A DNA stretch of 39,735 nucleotides from Octopus bimaculoides (Eukaryota): positions 2,553,776 through 2,593,510 of the forward strand of contig NC_068985.1 of NCBI RefSeq assembly GCF_001194135.2, given 5' to 3'. The notes beneath the pieces were generated by a model. It was not told the DNA's origin. It saw only the letters and a program-made list of their open reading frames with translations, and did not search any database. This document shows positions 1 to 11,467 of this stretch, one piece after another (the stretch's first letter is position 1; each line of letters starts with the position of its first letter). The translations under genes were made by a program, and so were the position numbers.

Positions 1-303
1 CCACGTTGTATGATGCTATATCCCCTTCTATTTCGTTAAATGCTTCAAGTAACTTGTCTCTAAGTCTCTGTCCGTTTGCAGGGTCTTTAAGCTTCCACAC
101 CCTTCTCCTCCAAGCCTGTCTAATTCTGGGCACCCATTTTGCCTTGATCCCAAAGTCGCTAACTACTAATCTATGTTGTGGGGTACATTCTTCGCCAGGG
201 TAGGTTTTGGCATTTATAAGCCGCCCTCTTTCCCTATTTCTGGCGAGGATGTAGTCGATTTGGCTAGAGTGTCTGCCGGAGCGGTAGGTGACTGGCAGCT
301 GCT
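1..303 (-). mobile_element. RTE-clade LINE fragment: C-terminal end of APE endonuclease plus linker, running off the window edge
   Basis: Minus-strand translation LPVTYRSGRHSSQIDYILARNRERGRLINAKTYPGEECTPQHRLVVSDFGIKAKWVPRIRQAWRRRVWKLKDPANGQRLRDKLLEAFNE contains the TY..G..SQIDYIL and QHRLV motifs of non-LTR APE domains, followed by a typical ..WKLK linker. Confidence 0.85.
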
Positions 304-420
304 GTTGTCTTCAAATATGTTCATTCCAACCACATGGCTTTCTTTATCAGTTTCTTTTGTAACCAGTTTTGTATTGGTTTTCAATATTTTCCCACTCTTT
401 TAGCATTGAAATGAACACAT

Positions 421-535
421 ACAGCATGGCTGTGTGATGAGAAGGTTGCTTCCCAACCACATGGTTCTGGGCTGATCAAAGTTTTATGAGTAGATTTGAA
501 ACATGGAAACTGAAAGAAGCCTGTTGTGTGTATGT
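421..535 (+). mobile_element. SINE family A (tRNA-derived), deleted 5' fragment
   Basis: gcatggctgtgtgatgagaaggttgcttcccaaccacatggttc...ggaaactgaaagaagcc matches the heads of copies at 8206, 14857 and 26259. Confidence 0.7.
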
Positions 536-540
536 GTATA

Positions 541-1192
541 TATTCTGGTGGCTGCAATGGCATGGCTGTTTGTATAAATTCTCAAATTGTCATGTGTTAA
601 AAGATACCTCAGAGTTATGGACAGGCAAGACAACACACCTTCCATCGCATTTCGGAGTAATGGACACTGGAGTTTTGCCATTTTTGTGGCTTATCATCAC
701 CACCCACCCACCAGGGTCGAAGGCAAGCCATTTAGCCAGTCCAACAACTTGATATGCTCATGGCTTGTAAAATCATGAGCTGGTATGCTCAGAAATTTAA
801 CACCCGGCAATTTGAGAGTTTATATTCTCTGCCACCAGAAAATCCACAAAGCATAGACATTAAGTATATGTGTTGGTAATATTTATTACTCTGGAGCTGC
901 TTTTACTTCATATGTAAATTGTCTCTTAGGTATGCAATTTCCAGGCATACCAGCTCATGATTTTACAAGCCATGAGTATATCAAGTTGTTGGACTGGCTA
1001 AATGGCCTGCCTTCGACCCTGGTGGGTGGGTAGGTGGTGTTTATAAACCACAAAAATGGCAAAACTCCAGTGTCCATTACTCTGGTACTTTACTGAGGTA
1101 TCTTTTTAACAGATGACAATTTGAGAATTTATACACACTGCCATGCCATTGCAACCACAAAAAAATACGCAAAGCTTATACATTAAGTATAT
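541..1192. mobile_element. Fold-back/TIR element pair forming a long inverted repeat (arms about 548-797 and 936-1158)
   Basis: The left arm (gtggctgcaatggcatggctgtttgtataaattctcaaattgtcat...ggagtaatggacactggagttttgcc...catgagctggtatgc) is the reverse complement of 936-1158 with scattered mismatches and one extra block of about 40 nt (613-655). Confidence 0.85.
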
Positions 1193-1232
1193 ATCATCAT
1201 CATCATCATCGTTTAACGTCCGCTTTCCATGC
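1193..1232 (-). mobile_element. 3' tail of RTE-type element with (GAT)n tail, cut by an assembly gap
   Basis: (atc)n-gtttaacgtccgctttccatgc matches 30836-30875, 33432-33470 and the 3' end of the RTE LINE at 15272. Confidence 0.7.
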
Positions 1233-1242
1233 NNNNNNNNNN
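1233..1242. other. Assembly gap (10 N)
   Basis: Run of N. Confidence 1.
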
Positions 1243-1319
1243 TTTACCTTTGTAGCAGTTGACTATGATGCTGCTACACCAGTCATAGGGTGAATATATA
1301 TATATTCAGCTCTCTGACT

Positions 1320-1590
1320 TGCTAGCTCTGGTCAAACTGTCCAACCGATGCCAGCATGGACAACAAGCATCAAGGGATGATGATGAAGTGTATGTGTGTG
1401 TATGTCTTTTCATCCCCCACAACTGGTGTTGATTTGTTTACGTCCCTGTAACTAAGCAGTTCAACAAAAGGAACGGACAGGTTAAGAACCAGCCTTAAAA
1501 AAACAGTAAGTGCTGGTGTCATTTCATTTGATTAGCATTAAAGGTGGTGCCCCAGCATGGCCACAGTCTAATGGTTGAAACAAGTAATAA
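1320..1590 (+). mobile_element. RTE-type 3' tail (about 1320-1386) abutting the 3' half of a family A SINE (about 1387-1590)
   Basis: aaactgtccaaccgatgccagcatgga...gatgatgatga, then gtgtgtgt...tgtttacgtccctgtaactaagcagttc...aaggtggtgccccagcatggccacagtctaatggttgaaacaagtaa, which is the family A 3' end. Confidence 0.65.
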
Positions 1591-1609
1591 ATATAATATA
1601 AAGATATTT

Positions 1610-2545
1610 TATGATTTAGTAAAAACTTCAATGGAAAATTATTTATAGGATCACAAAACTTATCAAATTTTCTGATCGTATTTTTTGGTGGACGATGTTC
1701 ACTTTTATTTCAAACTAGAAATTCTTGAAGGTTGTCTTGAACAGTTCTTCTCTAAATCTTAGTTTTTGGCAAAAGTCTGTAATTTTATTCTTGATTTCAT
1801 TGAAATTCAAATTTTGTGAATTGAAGTCCCTTTGCAAAAATGTTTGTTTATTCTGTTGTTAATATTGTACTGAATAAATTTAAAACTTTTGGTTGTTCCG
1901 TTTGGTGTCCACTTCCCTGCGATGGGATCTAAAAAAGATAGTTTTGAACATTTCAGTTTCCTAGTCTTATTTTATTTCTGTATCCAATGTTGTAAACTAC
2001 AGAATTATGTTGTCTGCCATAATTATTTACAAATTCATTTTCCTTGTTTCTATTTTCAAAGTCTTTTCTCCCATAAGGATTTTCTAATTAGTTCCTCCTA
2101 TAATTGTATTTCCCTTGTCCTGAGAACTTTTTAGACTTTGTGGAATATCCTTTTCTTCTGGACAATGGATAGTTTTCAGTCATTGATTTGATGCCCTGTA
2201 TCTTGATTGATTTCTGCTNNNNNNNNNNNNNNNNNNNNNNNNNNNNATTCTCTTACATTCAGTATTTGTATTTGCTTTGAATATTCGGTCATGGTTCTGT
2301 TTAGAATTTCAAAATCTTCGTCCATTTGCTGTTTGTTTTACAGCTTCTGCTTAAAGCTTGATCTTAGTTTTTTTATCATGAAAAGATTTTCCAAAGCATT
2401 TCTATCTGGCCATCTCCTGTCAAACCAATCCACCCATGCCATCATGGAAGGCAAACGTCAAGCGATAGTAATGATGATATTCTTCTCAAAATTCTTCTTC
2501 ATAATTGCAGAACCAATCATCATTTTTCTCCTTTTAATGAAATAA
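1610..2545 (-). mobile_element. Decayed Penelope-like retroelement ORF (N-terminal region upstream of the RT core), with frameshifts and stops
   Basis: Minus-strand frames read NLFSTILTTE*TNIFAKGLQFT, then FNEIKNKITDFCQKLRFREELF, then an NKSEHRPPK-like segment. This resembles the NLS..L...E...L.KGL.F.P / ..F.RKLRL.E.F / ..KS...PP motif series that precedes the RT in Penelope-like elements. Similarity judged from memory. Confidence 0.55.
2219..2246. other. Assembly gap (28 N)
   Basis: Run of N. Confidence 1.
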
Positions 2546-3489
2546 TTTCTTTATTCTTCACATTCTTCTTTTTCCATAGTTTACACTAATAGAGTTTCTC
2601 TGATGCCAGAGCTACCAAGAGAATCTACTCACCTACATCCCTCATTTGTGGTTCTTCTTCCTTGAGAAGTTAGTTAAAAGCAATGTTTTTGCATTTCATA
2701 TCAGTAAATTCTTTGACTGTTTTTGGGAATCTTGTAGCCTATGATCTTCATTTGTGTCCCATCTCTTGGATTGGAAGCTTCCAGTCCGAAAGTGTTGCAT
2801 CAACTGACACCTCCTTTTGGCATCTACTCCATCAAATGTAATGTCTTCCAAACTCTTCCTCTTATTCGTTACTCAACAGGTTATTCTCACCTCCAGCAAT
2901 GCTCTCCTCTCCTTCCAACTTTCACCTCTTCTTAGCTTTCTGTGTACAAGCAGCATCTCCACAGCTTCCCATATACAACATGACAAATGTGCACTGTCTC
3001 CACGGTCAGATATTATGGAAACAAGCTCTGATAGAAACATAATAATCTCGTCTCATTCCACAGCTGAAAGATGCAATCACTGCTCATAAGAAGGAAACAC
3101 TCTTATTCTTCTTCCTGTTGAGCCACTGAGAATGACACACAGCTTCTGATAGCCTCTCCTGTGACCACCACCACACAAAACAGCTAAAACTCCATTCCAA
3201 AGACCATTCATCTTCTTCAGAGTATTTCAGCTGAATTGGCATTGGTCTCTTCAAAGCTCAAGTAAAAATCACAATGGAGTACAGCTCCCAGATCTGAAAC
3301 TCTGTTATTCACACACTTGCATCTGATAACAGACTCAAAGTGAGATAATCCAGGCTCAGGACTAATCCTCTCTCTCTCTAGAAGATCAATGCCAAACCTG
3401 GATTAATTTAGAGCTGTTAAAGCTGAACATAAACTGGACCGATTTGACCCGTGTTGAAGGTGGGCAAGGACCAGAGACATACCATTTCC

Positions 3490-3550
3490 TCCAAACTAAA
3501 ACTGTCCAACCCATGACAGCATGGAAAAGAGACATTAAACGATGATGATG
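3490..3550 (+). mobile_element. RTE-type 3' tail with (GAT)n
   Basis: aaactgtccaacccatgacagcatggaaaagagacattaaacgatgatgatg is the reverse complement of the tails at 1193, 15272, 30836 and 33432. Confidence 0.7.
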
Positions 3551-4052
3551 TACATTGTCAGTTGTTACTCTGTTAATAAGAGAAATATTGACACTACACA
3601 CATAATGTGTTGAGTGCGATGTTGAGTTGTGGTCTATTTAATATCAGTTTGAGATTCACTATCTGTACAAACGTTTATATACAAACACACACACATATAT
3701 ATACATATCATCAATAGAAATGATGACTTGAGAAATACTAATTATTGATTTGAAATTGATAAAATGCTTCCAGAGTCATGTGGAGGTGTATTGATAAGTA
3801 ATGAACTACAAGAAGGGTGATCAAATAGGCAATGCTGACACATTTAGAGATCAAATTCCCTTCTGAGCTGGAATTTATCCTTGATCTGATAGATTCCAAA
3901 TGTTTCTTTACTACAAGGCATATCTGGAGATACTTGATATTGTACAATAAGTGTCTGTGTGTCACGAACACCTAAAAGCTATCACATCTAAAGCAGAGTC
4001 TCCAATACATAAATACCTTGTATAGCTATGGGTTCTCTTCTCCAGGTCATTC

Positions 4053-4430
4053 CCTGCTGTGTGTTGTAGCCAAGCTCAGCACTAATCAATTTCTTAATGA
4101 CCAATTAAGGTCTGAGTTACTGAGGCAAGTTGATTAAGCCGCTGGAAATAGTAAGCAAGTCTTCATCAACTCAGGCTCTAAAAGTTAAAAAATAAAGAAG
4201 TGGCTGATGTAGTCCTAGATGCACAATACCAGAAAAAATAGAGGATCTATTTCGTAGTTCTACCTGCGCAATGCTGACCTGGGGTTGAACGGCAGGGAGG
4301 GAAACTTTAATAGGCTGTTAAAAACTTTGATGTTGTTGCCATCTAGGAATGCTTTATCTAAAATATCCTTCCTCTTTTAAAGGTGGTAAGAAGTGACCAG
4401 AGAGTAACTTGGTTGCTATTTCTAGCTGGA
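4053..4430. repeat. Degraded interspersed repeat fragments (family D)
   Basis: The motif gttgctatttctagc at 4412-4426 recurs at 33125-33139 and as a variant at 35652-35665. Family identity is recalled only loosely. Confidence 0.4.
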
Positions 4431-4969
4431 TAAGTGTCTCCTTTATTAATACTAATAATAATGTTGGAAATTGTTTACAGCAAATTGAAATTATTAAAGT
4501 ATTTATATAAATGCAATATTGTAATTTGTGTGATAATTGAATAGACGAGAATCGTTGTAGGTGAGTTGGTTGCAGTATTGTCCTGCATTAAGTAGATGTC
4601 TCATTATTTCTCTCGGCTACAACTTATTCAAATATTAACACTTTGATTTGTTTGTCTTGTAAGAATGAAGTCCTTCTGTCTGGCCTTTGTATCAAAGTGG
4701 GAAAACTGACAAATTGTTGTTAGTGTATTGAATTATTTTCTGGAATTGCTGATGAATAGCTGCAGTTAGCATTGTTCTGGCAGAACCAACGGCCCATTGA
4801 TAACAGATGGCACATCTGAAAATGTCTAATTGATCCAACACGTCAAATGTCAAGCTTAGAAACCACACTGCCCAGACTTTCACAATCTGGAATGTATTTA
4901 AAGAGACAGGCCAAGCATGTTGCCTCTAGCTCAGTGTTTAATGTTGCTTTTCTGCTTTACATGGTTGCA

Positions 4970-5294
4970 TACTCTTTTACTTGTTTCAGTCATTTAACTG
5001 CAGCCATGCTGGAGCACTGCCTTTTGTCGAGGACTTATTCTTTGGAAGCCTAGTACTTATTCTATCGGTCTCCTTTGCCGAACCGCTAAGTTACGGGGAC
5101 GTAAACATACCACCATCAGTTGTCAAGCAATGTTGTGGAGACAAGCAGACACACATACATATATATATATATATATACAACAAGCTTCTTTCAGTTTCCG
5201 TCTACCAAATCCACTCTTGCTCAAGGTGCCACGCAGTGGGACTGAACCCGGAACCATGTGGTTCGTAAGCAAGCTACTTACCACACAGCCACTC
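4970..5294 (-). mobile_element. SINE family A, near full length, with a central (TA)n tract and an internal deletion
   Basis: Reverse complement of the 8206-8612 copy; head on minus strand reads gagtggctgtgtggtaagtagcttgcttacgaaccacatggttccgggttcagtcccactgcgtggcaccttgagca. Confidence 0.9.
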
Positions 5295-5657
5295 AAGAAT
5301 CTTGCTTCTCAACCACATGGTTCCAAGTTCAGTCCTACAGCGTGGCACCTTGGACAAGTGTCTTCTACTACAACCTCAGACTGAGCAAAGCCTAGTGAGT
5401 GGAAACTGAAAGAAGCACATTGTATGTGTGTGTGTCTGTGTATAGTTTTTTGATAAGTAATGAACTAAAAGAAGGGCGATCAAATAGGCAATGATGGTGT
5501 GTTTACATCCTTATAACTTTGCAGTTTGGCAAAAGAGACTGATAGAATAAGTACCAAGCTTTGAAAAAATAAATGCTGGGATTAATTGACTAAAACTTCA
5601 AGGTTGTACCCCAGCATGGCCACAGTCTAATGCCTAATACAAGTAAAAAGGTAAAGA
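5295..5657 (+). mobile_element. SINE family A, 5'-clipped, head-to-head with the preceding copy
   Basis: cttgcttctcaaccacatggttccaagttcagtcctacagcgtggcaccttggacaagtgtcttctac...ccccagcatggccacagtctaatgcctaatacaagtaaaaag. Confidence 0.85.
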
Positions 5658-8205
5658 GTTACACTAATTGCAATGGCTGTGAGTAAAAATAGGAAACCAG
5701 GAGACTTCTTTGGAATTTGGTCTCAAGAGGTGGTCATCCAGTTTACCTTTAAAGCAAGAAAAGTGATTGATTTGCAGAAATATTTTCCTCTTGTTTCTGC
5801 AATATTACAAGGAGGATGGTTTTTATTCCATCCCTTTACACTGAGTTTAATTCCCTCCTCTCCACTCCGACCCAACTTAACTTTGTCTTTGATCATTTTG
5901 TGATCAATAAAATATCCCAGTTATTTACCGGGACTGAGAAATCGAGTGTGCCTTCCACCCAACATATGTAGCTTGTGTGTGTGTGTGAAAAATCAATATT
6001 CTATTCTTTTTGAAATCTCCAATTCTTCTCCCCACCCCCTCAGATATATTTTTATAGCCACTTGGTTATTCACTAAACAACTCTAATATTAATACACAAG
6101 AAGGTGCCATCAAATATACTTGTATAACACTCCGTATTTAAATTAGGTGTGAGATGTTTTTGTCTCTAGTTATACGGCAGAAGACATGCAGCTAACTTTT
6201 TCATTAAATATTTATTATTACAATCTCTTTAAACACATTACGTTGTTTCTGCTTGCGTGTTTTCTCTCTCAAGTGCTGTTCAGAGTAATACTTGATGTCT
6301 TCGCATTTACAAAACATCAACAACAAACTAATATTAGTGAAGCCATAACTCATTTAATAGTTCTGAAAGATTCGTATATTGGTAACGGCAGTTAATAGGT
6401 AGAGCGCCATCAACATTTTCTTCCTTTATTGAAGCAAAGTCAAAATAAAACAATAAAGTTAATACATAAAAGATTTTTAAAAAATGGACAAATTTGATAT
6501 TCTCAAGGTTTTGATTTATTTATTTTTATTCATATGCATTAACAATATAAAATTTAATAAATTATTATAATTTAAGCGATGACTAATAAATAGCTTCAAC
6601 AATTTTCAGTGGCTAAATATATTAACAGCAGAAAAGACTTTAAATAAGACAAGTGTTGCCAATGGAATATTGGTAAGACACAGTAGATATGTCAATATAT
6701 GTGACAGACAAACAGACAGACACAAGAAAGTTTTATAACTTTCAATTGTTACAAATATTCAATGATAATTTATTTCAAAACTTGTGAGGTCAAACAATGT
6801 TCAATGAAAATTTATTTCTAAGCGTCTAAGGTCAAAGAAACTCATTAAAAATAGTTTAATATTTGCAGTATATTAGCTAAAGCTGGCATGTATAAACATG
6901 TTAAATATATTTTATATCATATTACAAGTTTTAATGAGCAATAGCTCCTCTCCCTCTGCTCCTAACACAGCAGAAGCTCATTCATTATCCATTTCAGTAT
7001 TAAAGAGTTGCAGCAAAGATAAAGTGAAGTATTTCAGCTTTATAAAGATCGACTTTGTTTTAGTGAAAGCAGCAACATAAGAGAAGGTCTGCAAGCTCTA
7101 AAACCAGTCACTGCGCTTCTTTAATGCTGAGGAGCTCAAGACAGTCCTGTTGTCAGAGTGGTGATGGGCAGAAGGGTTAAATGTTACAGGTTCATAATCA
7201 AATACCTCGTACGTGTAGTTGAATAAAGCCATATGATGTTGGATCAACTAGACCTGTCACCAAAGACATTCTAACTGCAACAAGAGTCTTTTCAAACACT
7301 TCATAATATACTCTAATTGTCTAGTATGTCCCTACTATTTTTAAAGATAGCAGAGTGTGATTTGGTTCCTATTTCTAGAAGGTCAGGTAAGCACTTAGCC
7401 CTCACACTGGCATACCAACTATGTGGAATGGTTCAAGAGTTCAAATTCCTCCCTAGAGAAACTCATTTATGTATTAATATGCTGAGCACTGTTGTGTTTT
7501 GTAATTGTACAAGGGAGCAGTAGGGCTTAGCAACTAACTAGACAGGGCAGATATAAATAATCATTTAGACAACTTTGCGATTGGCAAAAATTATATCTAA
7601 TTATGTATTGAGTGTTTAAAACATGTAAGGGACTCTTTGACAATAGATCTAATCTATAGAACAATTACAATCAGAAAAAGAAAAAAAGTTGCTTGGTGCA
7701 TTAATAATTCATTGAACTAACTGCTGCCAATATACTATTATGCAAATCAGGTTTTTGCGATTAGTGAAGTCCTTTAATCACTGTTCACATAAACAGACAA
7801 CAGAAAGGTGCTTGGTTGTCTACAATATAACTGATCCCTTTCTGTGCCCATGGAAATATATACAGGCTGTGTCTTTTAACCATTGCACTCCTACCATAAC
7901 TAATCTATAATACAATCACAGAATCAAAACCTATTATGATGTTCAATCCAAAGTAATAGATGTCAATATGAAAAGTGGTAGAAGTCCCAGTACACTCTAG
8001 TATTTTCTGTTAGTGATTTTTCATGTTGCCTTTTATCAACTAACCCCCGAACCTCTGAAATATAAAGTGTACGGTACATAACATAACATTAGTGATATTA
8101 AGATGTTAACCCCAAAAGTTACCACAATCAAATTAAAATCATGTTTCATAAATACTTGAGATCCTAAATTGTAGGATCTTGATTAAATTCTATGGAATAT
8201 TCCAA

Positions 8206-8353
8206 TGTAGGTGTGGTAAGTAGCTTGCTTACCACATGGTTCAGGGTTCAGTCCCACTGCGTGGCACCTTGGGCAAGTGACTTCTACTATAGCTGCGGGC
8301 CAACCAAAGCCTTGTGAGTGGATTTGGTAGAGGAAAACTGAAAGAAGCCCGTC

Positions 8354-8389
<36 letters not shown>

Positions 8390-8612
8390 TGTGTGTGTTT
8401 GTGTATCTGTGTTTGTCTCCCCAACATTGCTTGACCACCAATGCTGGTGTGTCTAGGTCCCAGTAACTTAGCGGTTCGGCAAAATAGACCTATAGAATAA
8501 ATACCAGGCTTACAAAGAAAAAGTCCTGGGGTCGACTTGCTCGACTAAAGGCGGTGCTCCAGCATGGCCACAGTCAAATGACTGAAACAAGTAGAAGAGA
8601 GTAAAAAGAGTT
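8206..8612 (+). mobile_element. SINE family A, full length (tRNA-derived head, CORE-like ccttgggcaagt segment, central (TA)n/(TG)n, conserved 3' end)
   Basis: A-box-like ggtgtggtaag and B-box-like gggttcagtccc; ccttgggcaagtgacttc resembles the CORE-SINE core; 3' end aaggcggtgctccagcatggccacagtcaaatgactgaaacaagta. At least seven further copies occur in the window. Confidence 0.9.
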
Positions 8613-8651
8613 AGCAGTCGAAGTAAACATCTGACTCAATATTTTCTTGTA

Positions 8652-8847
8652 TTAAACATTTCTTAAGCTATACCCGGCCCAAATATTCAATTTGTTTTAT
8701 GTTCAAACTGGCCAGACCCAGCCTCTTACACCTATCCTACAATGTCATTCTAAAAGAAAGAAAAATAAAAGATAATGCATGGTTAATTGAAAATAATATG
8801 AATAAAGCATTACATTTGACGGAATGACCTAAATGCTAAAGGGTTAA
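8652..8847. mobile_element. piggyBac-type MITE with degraded left end
   Basis: Internal sequence (ctcttacacctatcctacaatgtcattctaaaa...gataatgcatg...acatttgac) matches 18508-18728; right end aatgctaaagggTTAA. Confidence 0.7.
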
Positions 8848-10818
8848 TCATAATTGTGTTCAGCAAACATGACTAAGAAGTTATTTGACCTAGTTTTTAT
8901 GGTAGCATGGAAGATATATATATGTAACATCTTCTCAGTATCTCTCATTTCAAGATTTCATTGTTCTTTTAAGTGTGGAAGGATGGGGGGGGGGCTGTGT
9001 CTTAATTCTAGCTCAATTGCAATAGATACGGCTGCAGAATTTAAATGTGATGTGACCACAGTTCAACGTGTATCTTTATACATACACACAAAGATTTGAT
9101 TGGAAAGCAGAAATGAATAATAAAATCATTTATGAATATCAAAATACTAACCAGAAAGAAATAATAACAGACCGAATGAAGCCATGATACAGCAGATAAA
9201 CAATGGGTAGGCCGTGCTAGCTGAAACTTAATAATAACAGAAGCAGACATGTTGGTCAGTTGAACTTTGACATTGGGGCCACTTGAGGCATGACCACTTT
9301 AATCTGTCTCTAACTTGACATCACCTGGAAACATGAGTGATATGTGAAGCATTAATCTTATTCAGGTTCATCACTTAGCTATTTGGAAGGTTATCAAAAG
9401 TACTTGTGATCTTGCAGCCCTGTGTGGGAAGACAAGTAGCTTGTTATTGTCCTCATCATGTAATGAGAGAGAGACAGGGAGGAGGGGGGGGAGAGAATGT
9501 TTTCTATCAGGCCATGCTGTAAATAGACTTTACACTTCTATTGGATTATCATCCTTGAATCCTGTACATGTCAAAAGTGAAGCCAGCTGCCATTTTATCT
9601 TCTGTTAAGTCAAGTAGGATGTTTCTTAATGCATGTCAATTTGTGGTGAGTTTATAATTAGTGATCCCTGAACTGTAAAGATCCAATAATCATAAAGGGG
9701 GGACAAAAAAAAAACTACTTTCAAATAAAAATCCCTTGTGTGGTTCTTGTTCTGCTAAGTCCTTTGTCACCCTCCCCATTAGAAACAGGAATTTGGTGAT
9801 TGACCCCATTGCCAGTCAATTATGATTATAAATATTAAAGACCATTGAAAGACTATGGAATGTACCATTTCTTAAATTAAGGATATTTGCTCTAATAGTG
9901 ATACAACATTTGTTTACAACTACGATAGAATAACAGCAGTTAAATAATCTGGCAATAGAAAATATATTTGCTGAGTACAACACATAATTGCTTTAGCCGG
10001 GAAAATAAAAGCTCAAAACTGCTTTTATTTACTTAAAAATCCAATGACAATGTTTCTGAAACACTCTAGAGTTTGTAGCATTAATATTTTACTTTGATTA
10101 TTTGTGGGTGTAAAGAAAATATAGACAAAAGCTTAATCCTATAAAGGATCTGTAAACGTAGCTTCAGAAAGAGTAAATCAAACAGCAAGACGTTCTCTGG
10201 GGATGAAAACATAAAGGACAACCACTTTCTATAATTATGAGTCATTTGACCATAAAACACATTCTGGCAGAGGTAAGAAATTGGGGACGGAAAATAATTA
10301 TTTGCTCACCCTTTGTTTGCAGTAAGAGTCAAACCATTTATTTGAAATTGGTAAGAATTACATAATGAAAACTCTAGTCAAAACAAAATATCACCTGACT
10401 TTTGGATTAATAAGGAGACTGTTCTTAAAATGAAAGGTAGAGCCCTTTACACAACAGAGATCTAAAATAGAATTTTTAAAAAACTCCCTGGTCACACAAA
10501 CAAACAAAAAACACATTTCTATTTTCTAACCAATAGCTTTCCCACTCGTGGGAGAATGAAATTTATTTCCATCAATACTAACCAGTCGCACAAATCATTC
10601 ACTAAACATTGACATTTGAAAGATATTTGCATATTTGTTGAAAGAATATTATTATTATTATGTTATAGATATGTTGTGAATAAAATTATAAAGAGTAATT
10701 CCCCACCCTGCAAGATCCTATCAATTCATTTATGATAATATAGAAAAATTTAGCTAAGAAGAGTGAGTTTTAAATCTTGTAGCATATCCACAAAGTGTTA
10801 TCATGAATATCTTGAAAA

Positions 10819-11234
10819 TTGGAGTAGAGATTGTTTGTCAACTTAACATGGCAGCCCTGGTTTAGGATGAATGTTGCTGTAATTTATCCCCAGGAGACAT
10901 CGTCTCCAGCTGGCTATACGACACGATCTGTGTCCTTATATTTTCGAACAAGGGAATCTAGCATCCCCACTCAGCTCAAAACAATATCTGTGTATCGCGA
11001 TTTCTAGGTTATATCCCTTCATGAGCTGAACAATTATTCTGTGCCGATGAAGAGAAATAACTTGGAAATTGTGATACACAAATATTGTTTTGAGCTTAGT
11101 GGGGGTGCTAGATTTCCTTGTTCGAAAATATAAGGACACAAATCGTGTCATATAGCCAGCTGGGGTTAAATTACAGCAACATTCATCCTAAACCAGGACT
11201 GCCATGTTATGTTGGCAAACAATCTTTACTCCAA
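10819..11234. mobile_element. Fold-back (MITE-like) element with arms 10819-11012 and 11057-11234 and a 44-nt spacer
   Basis: ttggagtagagattgtttgtcaacttaacatggcag...tttctaggttat is the reverse complement of ataacttggaaatt...ctgccatgttatgttggcaaacaatctttactccaa with few mismatches. Confidence 0.9.
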
Positions 11235-11467
11235 AGAACTGTTGCTGAATATCTCTCATTGTGAGATTTAAAAAAAATAGTAATTTTCTAATTTTGAAGA
11301 ATGCTTGAAAAGACATCAGTGTTCTGAGATGGATTCCATTCTCTGCTTAATATTCTGGCTAAATGGACAATGTATGTCAGGAAGATGAAAATGGCAAAAG
11401 GAATGGAAGTATGTAAAGTAGGCTTGAAAGAGTAAGTAATTCCTATACTTATTATAAGTTCTGGTGT

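Noticed and set aside
2881-2940. PPAMLSSPSNFHLF resembling the mariner YSPDLAPSDFHLF motif
   Set aside because: No other DD34D motifs or TIRs were found; the similarity is too short.
3775-3820. Trypsin-like motif SCGGVLISNE on the plus strand
   Set aside because: Followed by LQEG* rather than WVLTAAHC, with no other protease motifs nearby; likely chance.
10120-10278. Strong donor CAGAG|GTAAGA at 10273
   Set aside because: All three upstream frames contain stops and there is no clear acceptor; cannot be supported as a coding exon.
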